The position numbers and the translations under genes are program-made. From Pseudonocardiales bacterium (lineage in GTDB: Bacteria > Actinomycetota > Actinomycetes > Mycobacteriales > QHCA01): 42,868 nucleotides of DNA. The stretch is from the NCBI GenBank assembly GCA_040003795.1, contig JBDUBV010000002.1, forward strand, positions 1-42,868. The letters run 5' to 3'. Every line of letters begins with the position of its first letter. Positions within the stretch are counted from its first letter, which is position 1. Below, one piece after another: positions 9,303-20,183 of the stretch. The notes under the pieces are model-generated. The model saw only the letters and a list, made by a program, of their open reading frames with translations, was not told where the DNA came from and made no database searches.

Positions 9303-10430
9303 TCAGTAGCGGTGAACCAGTTCTACCTTCTGGAAGGCCTTGAGGTCGGAATACCCGCACTTGGCCATCGCCCGCTTCAGGCCGCCGAACAGGTTGCTCC
9401 GGCCCTCGGCGAAGCGATCCGGGCCGTGCAGGAGGCGAGCCAGCGGTTCGAGCTCCTTGTGATTGTCCGGCGGGATGCCGACGTGCCCCCGGGGCAGGGT
9501 GGGGTGCGCGGCCACCGATTCCCACCACGCCCCGCGCCCCGGGCTCTCCTGCGCCTCTGCCAGCGCCGAGCCGAGCATGACAGCGTCGGCGCCGCAGGCC
9601 AATGCCTTGGCGACGTCGCCGCTCGTTTCGATGCCGCTGTCGGCGATCACATGGACGTATCGGCCGCCGGTCTCGTCGAGGTAGTCCCGCCGGGCGGCGG
9701 CGGCGTCGGCGATGGCGGTGGCCATGGGTACGTGGATGCCGAGGACCTCGTGGGTGGTGGACAGGTAGTCGGCGCCGACGCCGATGATGATACCGGCCGC
9801 ACCGGTGCGCATCAGGTGTAGAGCGGTCTGGTAGTTGGCGCAGCCGCCGACGATTACCGGGACGTCGAGGTCGGCGATGAACGTCTTGAGGTTGAGCGGC
9901 TCGACGTCGGTCGACACGTGCTCCGCCGAGACGATCGTGCCCTGGATGACCAGCAGGTCGACCCCGGAGTCGAGCACGGTGTTGGCGAGGGTCAACGTGT
10001 GCTGGGGCGACAGGCGGACCGCGACCGTGACCCCGGCCGCACGGATCTGCGAGATGCGCTCTGCGATGAGCTCGGGTTTGATCGGCTCGGCATAGACTCG
10101 CTGGATCACCTCGGTGGCACTGTCCACGTCGGCCGCCGCGGCCAGCAACTCGTCGTAGACCGGCTGCGGGTCGTCGTAGCGGGTCCACAGGCCCTCGGCA
10201 TTGAGCACGCCCAGCCCACCGAGCCGGCCGGTCTCGATGACCGTCGGCGGGCTCATCGTCGCATCCGAGGGATGGCAGACCATCGGGATCTCGAAGCGGA
10301 ACGCGTCGATCTCCCAGGCGACGGACACCTCGTCGACGTCACGCGTGCGCCGCGACGGCACGATGGCCACGTCGTCGAGGTCATAGCCTTGGCGCGCGGT
10401 GCGACCCCGGCCGATTTCGACGTCAGCCAC
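9303..10430 (-). CDS. guaB3: GuaB3-type IMP dehydrogenase-related protein (no CBS pair)
   Basis: 375 aa. MADVEIGRGRTARQGYDLDDVAIVPSRRTRD and a TIM-barrel IMPDH-like sequence. It lies directly downstream of guaB, as in mycobacteria and streptomycetes. Confidence 0.9.
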   Translation of the reverse strand: MADVEIGRGRTARQGYDLDDVAIVPSRRTRDVDEVSVAWEIDAFRFEIPMVCHPSDATMSPPTVIETGRLGGLGVLNAEGLWTRYDDPQPVYDELLAAAADVDSATEVIQRVYAEPIKPELIAERISQIRAAGVTVAVRLSPQHTLTLANTVLDSGVDLLVIQGTIVSAEHVSTDVEPLNLKTFIADLDVPVIVGGCANYQTALHLMRTGAAGIIIGVGADYLSTTHEVLGIHVPMATAIADAAAARRDYLDETGGRYVHVIADSGIETSGDVAKALACGADAVMLGSALAEAQESPGRGAWWESVAAHPTLPRGHVGIPPDNHKELEPLARLLHGPDRFAEGRSNLFGGLKRAMAKCGYSDLKAFQKVELVHRY

Positions 10431-10431
10431 G

Positions 10432-11988
<1,557 letters not shown>

Positions 11989-12001
11989 TTACCGTGACGA
12001 A

Positions 12002-12394
12002 GTGACAGAGGATCCGCTCGACCCCTTCTCCGGTGACCCCACCGACCCGGCGGCCGACCTCGGCGATGCCATCGGGCCGGATGACGGCCATGAGTCCTTG
12101 TCCCCCGAGGACCGCGAAGACGTCCTGGCCGACCTTGCCGATCTCGAGGTCTACCAGACACTGCTCGAGCCGCAGGACGTCCGCGGCCTGGTCGTCGACT
12201 GTGAGGACTGCGGGACCTCGCACTATTTCGGCTGGGCATTGCTGCGCGGCAACCTGCGTCAGCTCCTCGACGCCGGGCAGACCACCGTGCACGAGCCGGC
12301 CTACGACCCCGACCCCTCGCACTACGTGACCTGGGAGTACGCCCGCGGTTACGCCGACGGAGTGCAGGACACCGAGTCACAGCGCGACACTTGA
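12002..12394 (+). CDS. Conserved actinobacterial protein (Rv3412/DUF5319-like)
   Basis: GTG at 12002, 130 aa. Acidic N-terminus, then VVDCEDCGTSHYFGWALLRGNLRQLL. Its position next to guaB matches the mycobacterial arrangement as I recall it. Confidence 0.65.
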   Translation: MTEDPLDPFSGDPTDPAADLGDAIGPDDGHESLSPEDREDVLADLADLEVYQTLLEPQDVRGLVVDCEDCGTSHYFGWALLRGNLRQLLDAGQTTVHEPAYDPDPSHYVTWEYARGYADGVQDTESQRDT

Positions 12395-12395
12395 A

Positions 12396-13649
12396 CTACG
12401 GCCTCCCGTGGCCAGGACTCGGCCGGCCAACCGGTGACTTCTGGGGGCTCGGGTCGGGGCTGGGCGTGGGCCCGGGTGAGGGCGACACGCTCGGTGCGGG
12501 CCCGGGACTCGATGACGGGACATCGGCCGGCGAGGCCAGGGGCGACGCGCTCGGCCCAGGACTGGCCAGTGGGTCGGGTACCGGCGAGTAGAGGGCGGCA
12601 CGGAGCTTGGCCACTTCGGCCTGCAACGTGGACTTGCCGTCGGCGGCCTGCACGTCGTCGACGCGGCTCATCGCGTCGTCGAGGCTGGCCCGGGCGGCCG
12701 CCGCGTCGCCTCGCTTGGCCTGCCGCTTGGCCGCCGCCAGAGTCCGCATGACGCGGTCACGAGCCAGGATGCTCTGCGCGTGGCGGGGCGCCACCACCTC
12801 GGTCACCGGCCACAGCACGCTGCCGGGTGTCGCCCGGGAGGCTGCGGCCGCGACGCCACTGGCAGAGAGCAGCACGCCGACGAGAACCAGTCCGATCAGG
12901 ACCGGGCGGCCGGTACGTCGCCCGAGCGAGCCGCCGGCGGACACCTCCTTCTGCGCCGCCGAAGGCCCCTGCCCGTCGCAGACGTCATCGCGCCACCCGG
13001 CCAGCAGGGCAGTGAGGGCGTCGGTGCGGTCGGCCATGTCACACCGCTGGCTCAGGCTGTCGAGCAGCTGGTCGTCCCGCTGGACCGCGGCGAGCTCCAG
13101 GGGACCGGCCACGCCGACACCTCCGGCAGCCACCTCAGTTGCGAGAGCCCCAGACAGCGCCCGATGCTGTGCAACCCGGACCGCCCCGAGGCTCATGCCC
13201 AGCGCGGCCCCGGTCTCCTCGGCGGTGAATCCGACGGCAATCCGCATCACCAGAACGTCGCGTTGGGGGGGCGGCAGCCTCTCCAGCAGGGCCCGGGCGG
13301 CTCCGCCGAGGTGGACCTCCGACGCGTCAAGCATGTCGTGGTGGTCGTGAGCAACAGCCCGATGCACCTCGGCAACCTTGTGAGCAGCGATCCCGAAGAC
13401 GAAGGCTGTGAAGGGCCGCCCGACATCGCGATAGTGCGGCAAAGCTGTCATCACCCCCAGGCAGACCTCCTGTGCGACGTCCTCGGCGACCCGATAGGTA
13501 CCCTCGGTGCCGGGCCCCAGGCGTGCCCGGCAGTACCTCACCACGAGGGGGCGCAGGCGTGAGACCAGGGACTGCGCAGCGGACTGTTCGCCCGCTGTTG
13601 CTCGCCTGGCCAGAGCCGACAAGTCCGGCTCCGACTGCGTCCTGTCCAT
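12396..13649 (-). CDS. ECF sigma factor (SigD-like) fused in frame to an RsdA-like anti-sigma factor
   Basis: Sigma region 2 (AQEVCLGVMTALPHYRDVGRPFTAFVFGIAAHKV) and region 4 (LPPPQRDVLVMRIAVGFTAEETGAALGMSLGAVRVAQHRAL) run without a stop into LELAAVQRDDQLLDSL. That is an RsdA-type sigma-binding motif. It is followed by one TM helix (PVLIGLVLVGVLLSASGVAAAA) and a Pro/Ser-rich tail. Confidence 0.8.
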   Translation of the reverse strand: MDRTQSEPDLSALARRATAGEQSAAQSLVSRLRPLVVRYCRARLGPGTEGTYRVAEDVAQEVCLGVMTALPHYRDVGRPFTAFVFGIAAHKVAEVHRAVAHDHHDMLDASEVHLGGAARALLERLPPPQRDVLVMRIAVGFTAEETGAALGMSLGAVRVAQHRALSGALATEVAAGGVGVAGPLELAAVQRDDQLLDSLSQRCDMADRTDALTALLAGWRDDVCDGQGPSAAQKEVSAGGSLGRRTGRPVLIGLVLVGVLLSASGVAAAASRATPGSVLWPVTEVVAPRHAQSILARDRVMRTLAAAKRQAKRGDAAAARASLDDAMSRVDDVQAADGKSTLQAEVAKLRAALYSPVPDPLASPGPSASPLASPADVPSSSPGPAPSVSPSPGPTPSPDPSPQKSPVGRPSPGHGRP

Positions 13650-13715
13650 CGACGTCCCTCTGTTACCCCGGTTGGACAAACGGTAGCTTGCTCGGGGGCG
13701 AAACGTCTGGCAGAA

Positions 13716-14339
13716 CTAGCAAAGAAGACCCATCCTGAAACCGGACGCGACGGCGTGTGCCCTGTCGTTCACGCCCATCTTGCGGAAGAGCCGCTGGGCG
13801 TGGGTCTTGACCGTGTCCTCGGACAGGTAGAGTTCGCGCCCGATCTCGGAGTTGCTCTTGCCCTCTGACATCCCGAGCAGCACCTGGCCCTCACGCTCCG
13901 TCAGCGCCGGCCGCTGGAGTGGCACCTGGGCCGCAGCCGACCGCCGGGGCTCGCCAAGCCAGCCGGAGCGGTCGCGGCTCACGGCATGCGCGACGAGAAC
14001 CGCCAACTCGGCGCTGGTCGGGTCCGACCGGAGGAACCCGCTGGCGCCCGCGGCCAGCGCAAGGGCCATCGCGGCGAAATCCTCGCGTGAGTCGAGCACG
14101 ATCACCCGGGGAGCGCCGGCGCCGATCACCCAGCGGCGGATGAGATCGGGCCCGGCGCCGGGCAGCTCGGCTTCGATGAGGACCACGTCGGGAGAATCAC
14201 TGCGCACCATCGCGCCGGCCGTCGTCACGTCGGCGGCCGAGCGCACCCTGTCGAGTCCGGGCACCCCCAGGGCGCAGCGCTCCAGAGCAGCGCGCGTCTC
14301 TGGAGCCCGGACACACATGAGCAGCGTGACCACCCGCAT
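13716..14339 (-). CDS. bldM: BldM-like orphan NarL-family regulator with degenerate receiver
   Basis: C-terminal HTH LTEREGQVLLGMSEGKSNSEIGRELYLSEDTVKTHAQRLFRKMGVNDRAHAVASGFRMGLL closely matches BldM as I recall it. Its position between the ECF sigma and whiD/whiB3 matches S. coelicolor. The start is ambiguous (GTG 14372, ATG 14339 or GTG 14333). Confidence 0.75.
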   Translation of the reverse strand: MRVVTLLMCVRAPETRAALERCALGVPGLDRVRSAADVTTAGAMVRSDSPDVVLIEAELPGAGPDLIRRWVIGAGAPRVIVLDSREDFAAMALALAAGASGFLRSDPTSAELAVLVAHAVSRDRSGWLGEPRRSAAAQVPLQRPALTEREGQVLLGMSEGKSNSEIGRELYLSEDTVKTHAQRLFRKMGVNDRAHAVASGFRMGLLC

Positions 14340-14412
14340 TCCCTCCAGTCGCCGAAGCAGGCTTCTTCTCACCCGATGTTTCGGCAGAAACGGGCAGCTA
14401 CTGGACTGCTGA

Positions 14413-15187
14413 TCAGCTGCGCGCCCAACGCGTCAACCTCAGGGCGGCCAGCCACTCGGCACGCAGGGCAGGCGGCAGGTGAGCGGAAGCGCCGAGGTGT
14501 CTCTGCCAGGGCACCCGCCCGGCGCAAGCTGTCGACGGCTTCCAGGGGGTCCCCAACGACTGGGCCCGGCCGAGCAGGACCAGCCCCGCAGCGACGGAGA
14601 GCGGTGCGCGGAGACTCTCGGCCCGCGCGACCGCCGCCTCGGCGAGGCACCGCCCTGGATACCGCCCCCTCAAGCAGTGCCGCCTCCGCGCGCACCCAGT
14701 CCAAGGGGGCCGCCGGCGTCACCAGCGGCTGGGATCTGAGGGCAGCAGAGCGGCGGCTCGGTCGAGCTGCTCGTCGGCATCGGCCTGCGCGGCGGCGGCG
14801 TCGCGGGAGCGGCGGCGGTGAACCCCGGCGAGGGGGTGGAGCCGGCCGGCGAGGCGAACAGCCGCTGCTCCGCCGCCGCTGCGGCACCCGAGGCCGCCAG
14901 CGGCTCAGCAGGAGTCTCGCGGCGCCGAATCGACCGAGTGCGGCCAGCGCGACCCCGAGCAACCGGGTGGCAGCCGTATCCTCGGCGCCCATGCCGCGCT
15001 CGCTGGTGAAGGTGATCGCCTGCTGCAACGGGTCGAGGGCCGCGCCGGGAGCGCCGTGGAAGACCGCCTGCTCGCCGCTGGCGAGCAGGCTCGCCAGGTC
15101 CGGGTGCTGGGTCAGGTCCGCACCCTGAACGCGCCCCTCCTGGAAGATCGGCAATGGCCGCTGCATGATCCCATCGAAACGGGGCAT
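14413..15187 (-). pseudogene. Possible doubly frameshifted gene of unknown function
   Basis: The high-GC3, protein-like reading moves through all three minus frames. Frame 1 covers about 15187-14910 (MQRPLPIFQEGRVQGADLTQHPDLASLLASGEQAVFHG...). Frame 2 covers about 14910-14680 and frame 3 covers 14673-14413 (GRCLAEAAVARAESLRAPLSVAAGLVLLGRAQSLG...). No single clean ORF exists. Confidence 0.3.
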
Positions 15188-15238
15188 GCCTGCCGAGTCC
15201 GTCCTTCGCGCCAGGGTCTGCGCACGATTGGAGTCGAC

Positions 15239-15517
15239 ATGGCCGACATCCGCCGCCTCCCGAGCCCACGCGCGGACCTCTGGGATTGGCAGCTGCAGGG
15301 TGCCTGCCGGGGCAGCGACAGTGATTTGTTCTTCCACCCGGAGAACGAACGCGGGCAGGCCCGTGAGCGGCGGGAGGCCGCCGCCAAGGCGGTGTGCGAC
15401 CGATGCCCGGTGCTCCAGAGGTGCCGCGAGCACGCCCTGACGGTCGGCGAGTCCTACGGTGTGTGGGGCGGCATGTCGGAGTCGGAGCGTGAGGGGATGC
15501 TCACGGCAGCGCGCTAG
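15239..15517 (+). CDS. whiB3: WhiB-family Fe-S transcription factor (WhiB3/WhiD orthologue)
   Basis: ATG at 15239 begins MADIRRLPSPRADLWDWQLQGACRG... Four Cys residues in the C-X29-C-X2-C-X5-C pattern. GVWGG turn present. Synteny with groEL1. Confidence 0.9.
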   Translation: MADIRRLPSPRADLWDWQLQGACRGSDSDLFFHPENERGQARERREAAAKAVCDRCPVLQRCREHALTVGESYGVWGGMSESEREGMLTAAR

Positions 15518-15596
15518 ACCCCGCTAGTACACGTGCGGCGGATCGGCCACGCCAGCAGAGGGTGGCCGATCCGCGGCACTTCGCGGCTTGTCGGGC

Positions 15597-17303
<1,707 letters not shown>

Positions 17304-17612
17304 TTACTTCTCGATGACCGCGAGGACGTCGCGGGAGGACAGCACGAGGTACTCGTCGGCGCCGTACTTGATCTCGGTGCCGCCGTACTTCGAGTAGAGG
17401 ACGGTGTCGTCGACCTTGACGTCGATCGGCACACGGTTGCCCTTGTCGTCGATGCGGCCGGGGCCGACGGCGATGACGGTGCCCTCCTGGGGCTTCTCCT
17501 TGGCGGTGTCGGGAATCACGAGCCCGGAGGCCGTCGTGGTCTCGGCCTCGTTGGCCTGAACGACGATGCGGTCCTCGAGGGGCTTGATCTTGACCTTGGT
17601 AGCGGTGGCCAC
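17304..17612 (-). CDS. groES: Co-chaperonin GroES
   Basis: 102 aa: [46 protein letters not shown]. Confidence 0.95.
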   Translation of the reverse strand: MATATKVKIKPLEDRIVVQANEAETTTASGLVIPDTAKEKPQEGTVIAVGPGRIDDKGNRVPIDVKVDDTVLYSKYGGTEIKYGADEYLVLSSRDVLAVIEK

Positions 17613-17692
17613 GAACTCTCCTGGTAGGTCATAGGCGAAACGGATGCCGCGTCGTCTGCCCTGCCGTCGCGGGGGTCAGGAGCACGTACGCG

Positions 17693-17719
17693 CTGGCACA
17701 CTCAGGGGGAGAGTGCTAA
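17693..17719. promoter_or_regulatory. CIRCE-like HrcA operator (imperfect left arm)
   Basis: CTGGCACAC-N9-GAGTGCTAA compared with the consensus TTAGCACTC-N9-GAGTGCTAA. It lies upstream of groES. Confidence 0.55.
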
Positions 17720-17738
17720 CCGCCACATTAGGACCGAG

Positions 17739-17765
17739 CTAGCACTCCGTCAAGGCGAGTGCCAG
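17739..17765. promoter_or_regulatory. CIRCE HrcA operator
   Basis: CTAGCACTC-N9-GAGTGCCAG. The 9-bp inverted arms have the canonical 9-nt spacer. It lies in the groES upstream region. Confidence 0.75.
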
Positions 17766-17766
17766 C

Positions 17767-18966
17767 ATGACCTCCGTGAAGGTCAGCGAGGTGGCCGCAC
17801 TGCGTTCACCCGTCGGGCGAGCGATGCTCGAGGCCATCGGCAGCTACGACAGCGCTGCGACGATGCGGATCGCCGAGACCCTGCGAGCCGCCGGGCATCC
17901 GGCGGACTTGGTCGCCGCGGCGTTGACGCAGGCCCGGCTGCGGGACCGGGCGCGAGTGAAGTTCGGCCCGGACGCCGAGCGGATGCTCTTCACTGCGGCT
18001 GGCCTGCAACAGGCAACCAGGGCCGTCGTCGCTGCCCACCGGGCGGGGCGGCTGTGCACGCTCGGCGCCGGAGAACTTCGGGTCGCCGATCTGTGCTCGG
18101 GGATCGGTGGTGACACCCTCGCCCTCGCCCGAGCGGGGTGCACGGTGGCGGCAGTCGAGCTCGATTCGGTGACCGCCGCGATGGCAGCGGGCAACATCGA
18201 CGAGTTAAGCCTTGCCGACCGCGCCCACCTCACCTGCGGCGACGCCACCGGCGTCGACCGCTCCGCCTTCGATGCGGTGTTCCTGGATCCCTCACGCCGA
18301 GCGGGCGGCCGGCGGATCTTCAACCCCGAGGCCTACCTGCCGCCGTGGGAGTTCGTGCTGTCCACCCTCGCCGGCCCGGCCTGCGTCAAGGTGGCACCAG
18401 GTATCCCGCACGAGCGGATCCCGGCCGGCGTCGAGGCGGAGTGGGTCTCCGACCACGGCGAGGTCAAGGAAGCCGCCCTGTGGTCGGCTGCCCTGCGTAC
18501 CGCCGACCGTCGGGCCACTCTCCTGCCGGGCGGCGCGACCGTCACGGGCACCGGACTGGCGCGAGCGCCGGTGCGACCGCCCGGCCGATGGCTTTACGAA
18601 CCCGACGGCGCCGTCATCCGGGCGCACCTGGTCGCTGAGGTGGCGGCCCAGATCGACGCCGGGCTGATCGACCCGCAGATCGCCTACCTGACGGCGGACT
18701 CGCTGGTGGCCACGCCCTTCGCGACCGCCTACGAGGTCACCGATGTCCTGCCCTTCTCCGTCAAGGCGCTGCGGGCGCTGTTGCGGGCGCAGGAAGTGGG
18801 CGCGGTGACGGTCAAGAAGCGGGGCTCAGCCATCGAGCCCGAGACGCTGCGCCGGCAACTACGGCTGACGGGCGCCGAGCACGCGGTCGTCGTCGTCACG
18901 CGGGTGACAGGCAAGCCGACGGTGTTCGTCTGCCGGCCTCCCGCGAGTCCAACCGGAACGCACTGA
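17767..18966 (+). CDS. Class I SAM-dependent methyltransferase
   Basis: 399 aa. SAM motif I VADLCSGIGGDTLALA and VFLDPSRR are present. The C-terminal conserved region looks THUMP-like, a tentative assignment. Confidence 0.75.
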   Translation: MTSVKVSEVAALRSPVGRAMLEAIGSYDSAATMRIAETLRAAGHPADLVAAALTQARLRDRARVKFGPDAERMLFTAAGLQQATRAVVAAHRAGRLCTLGAGELRVADLCSGIGGDTLALARAGCTVAAVELDSVTAAMAAGNIDELSLADRAHLTCGDATGVDRSAFDAVFLDPSRRAGGRRIFNPEAYLPPWEFVLSTLAGPACVKVAPGIPHERIPAGVEAEWVSDHGEVKEAALWSAALRTADRRATLLPGGATVTGTGLARAPVRPPGRWLYEPDGAVIRAHLVAEVAAQIDAGLIDPQIAYLTADSLVATPFATAYEVTDVLPFSVKALRALLRAQEVGAVTVKKRGSAIEPETLRRQLRLTGAEHAVVVVTRVTGKPTVFVCRPPASPTGTH

Positions 18967-19016
18967 TCAACCACTACGGTGGGCCCGTTGACCGACATCT
19001 GACACCGGGTGGTCGC

Positions 19017-19211
19017 ATGCATTCTCCGGATAGGTTCGGAACGTCTGAGGAGCCTCCCCCACCAGCGCCCTTCCACCCTGGGTACGAGCCGCCGTTCGAC
19101 CCCGCCCCCGAACGGGACGAGCCAGCACCGCCGCCGCCTTTCCGACCGGCCAAGGAGCCTCCCGATGGGCCGCCGGAGCCGGAGCCGTTCGGTCCTGACG
19201 AAACCGGCTGA
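19017..19211 (+). CDS. Possible Pro/Glu-rich small protein (64 aa)
   Basis: ORF MHSPDRFGTSEEPPPPAPFHPGYEPPFDPAPERDE... lies 30 nt upstream of, and co-oriented with, the pentapeptide-repeat gene. GC3 is only moderate. Low complexity, so coding status is uncertain. Confidence 0.35.
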   Translation: MHSPDRFGTSEEPPPPAPFHPGYEPPFDPAPERDEPAPPPPFRPAKEPPDGPPEPEPFGPDETG

Positions 19212-19241
19212 GTCCCGCGGCAGTGCGTGAAGGGAGGGCAG

Positions 19242-20132
19242 ATGGCTGACGAGAAGCCTCCGGAAGGTCTGGCTGCTGCAAACGACAAGGTCCGCGGTGC
19301 CGCGAAGTGGCTCCTCGGGGCCACCGCCGCGGTCGGCGCGGCGCTCATCGGCGGCAGCCAGCTATCTAGCATCGGCAAGCTGGAGGCCTGCACGGGAAGC
19401 AGCCAGCAGTGCCTGCGACTGCCCATCGCTGCCCTGAGTTCGGTGATCGCCCTCGTGGCCCTCGCCTACATCATCTGGACCGCGGTCGGCATCCTGCTGC
19501 CGGTGGCCGTCACTGTTGCCGACCTGGACCAGGCTTGGGATGCCGGTAAGCGTGCGGACGTCAAGTTCCTCAAGGCCAACACCCCGCTGCTCGGCTACGC
19601 CCGGCCCAGCGACCTGGAGACAGCCCGAACCCAGGCGTGGAACGATCTCGTGGCCGCACGAAAGGCGCTCAAAGATGCGGATGCGGACGACCCCACCCGA
19701 GCCGCGAAGACGACCGCTCACGACCTGGCAGAGAGCGCTTTCAAGGACAAGCAGCAGCGCGTCGCAACAGTGACCGATATCGCACAGTACGAACTGCTGC
19801 AATCAGACTTCAGGTCACTCATGGCGCGCTTGTTGCCGGCAACCGCCGTAGTTGCCCTGGGCATCGTCACCTTCGCCTGGGCAGCGAATCCCCCCGCTGC
19901 CGAAACCCCCTCGGCGAAGTTGGCAGGGGCGAATCTGACGAATGCTGACCTGAGCGGCGCCGACCTCAGCGGTGCCGACCTCACCCGTGCAAACTTTTCG
20001 AATGCCGATCTAAGCGGCGCCTCCCTGAGCCACGCCAAGCTGCGCGGGGCGGTCTGGAAGCACACCACGTGCCCTGATGGAACCGACAGCGATGACCATT
20101 CGAAAACCTGTTTAGGACATCTTTCGCCGTAG
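19242..20132 (+). CDS. Membrane-anchored pentapeptide-repeat protein
   Basis: ATG at 19242 follows AAGGGAGGG. Three predicted TM helices and a helical charged domain. Nine consecutive A(D/N)LXX pentapeptides at 19914-20048 ([30 protein letters not shown]...), then a Cys-containing tail. Many A/T-ending codons. Confidence 0.75.
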   Translation: MADEKPPEGLAAANDKVRGAAKWLLGATAAVGAALIGGSQLSSIGKLEACTGSSQQCLRLPIAALSSVIALVALAYIIWTAVGILLPVAVTVADLDQAWDAGKRADVKFLKANTPLLGYARPSDLETARTQAWNDLVAARKALKDADADDPTRAAKTTAHDLAESAFKDKQQRVATVTDIAQYELLQSDFRSLMARLLPATAVVALGIVTFAWAANPPAAETPSAKLAGANLTNADLSGADLSGADLTRANFSNADLSGASLSHAKLRGAVWKHTTCPDGTDSDDHSKTCLGHLSP

Positions 20133-20149
20133 CCTCACCGATTCTGTAG

Positions 20150-20167
20150 CCGCACCGTTTCGTGCGG
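20150..20167. terminator. Small hairpin between convergent genes
   Basis: CCGCAC-cgtttc-GTGCGG. The stem is only 6 bp, so this is weak. Confidence 0.2.
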
Positions 20168-20183
20168 TGGCATTCGCCGCGCA

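Noticed and set aside
8314-10188. 624-aa minus-strand ORF read as one protein
   Set aside because: Only the C-terminal 315 aa (from the GTG at 9261, which has a GGAGGAG ribosome-binding site) carry SDR motifs. The upstream 300 aa are an Arg/Pro-rich alternative frame overlapping guaB3.
12396-12600. Pro/Ser-rich repetitive DNA at the 3' end of the anti-sigma region
   Set aside because: This is a low-complexity coding tail (SPxP-type) in frame with the ORF, with no exact nucleotide repeat unit. It is treated as a disordered extracytoplasmic linker, not a repeat element.
14369-15433. 354-aa minus-strand ORF as a single intact protein
   Set aside because: Its first 65 or so codons are antisense to whiB3. 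Its middle and C-terminal thirds have poorer third-position GC than the neighbouring frames. It is better explained as one segment of a frameshifted gene (see findings).
19914-20048. Apparent 15-nt tandem DNA repeat (gccgacctsagcggy)
   Set aside because: It is the coding image of the pentapeptide repeats within an intact ORF. It is not a VNTR or a CRISPR-like array, because there are no unique spacers.
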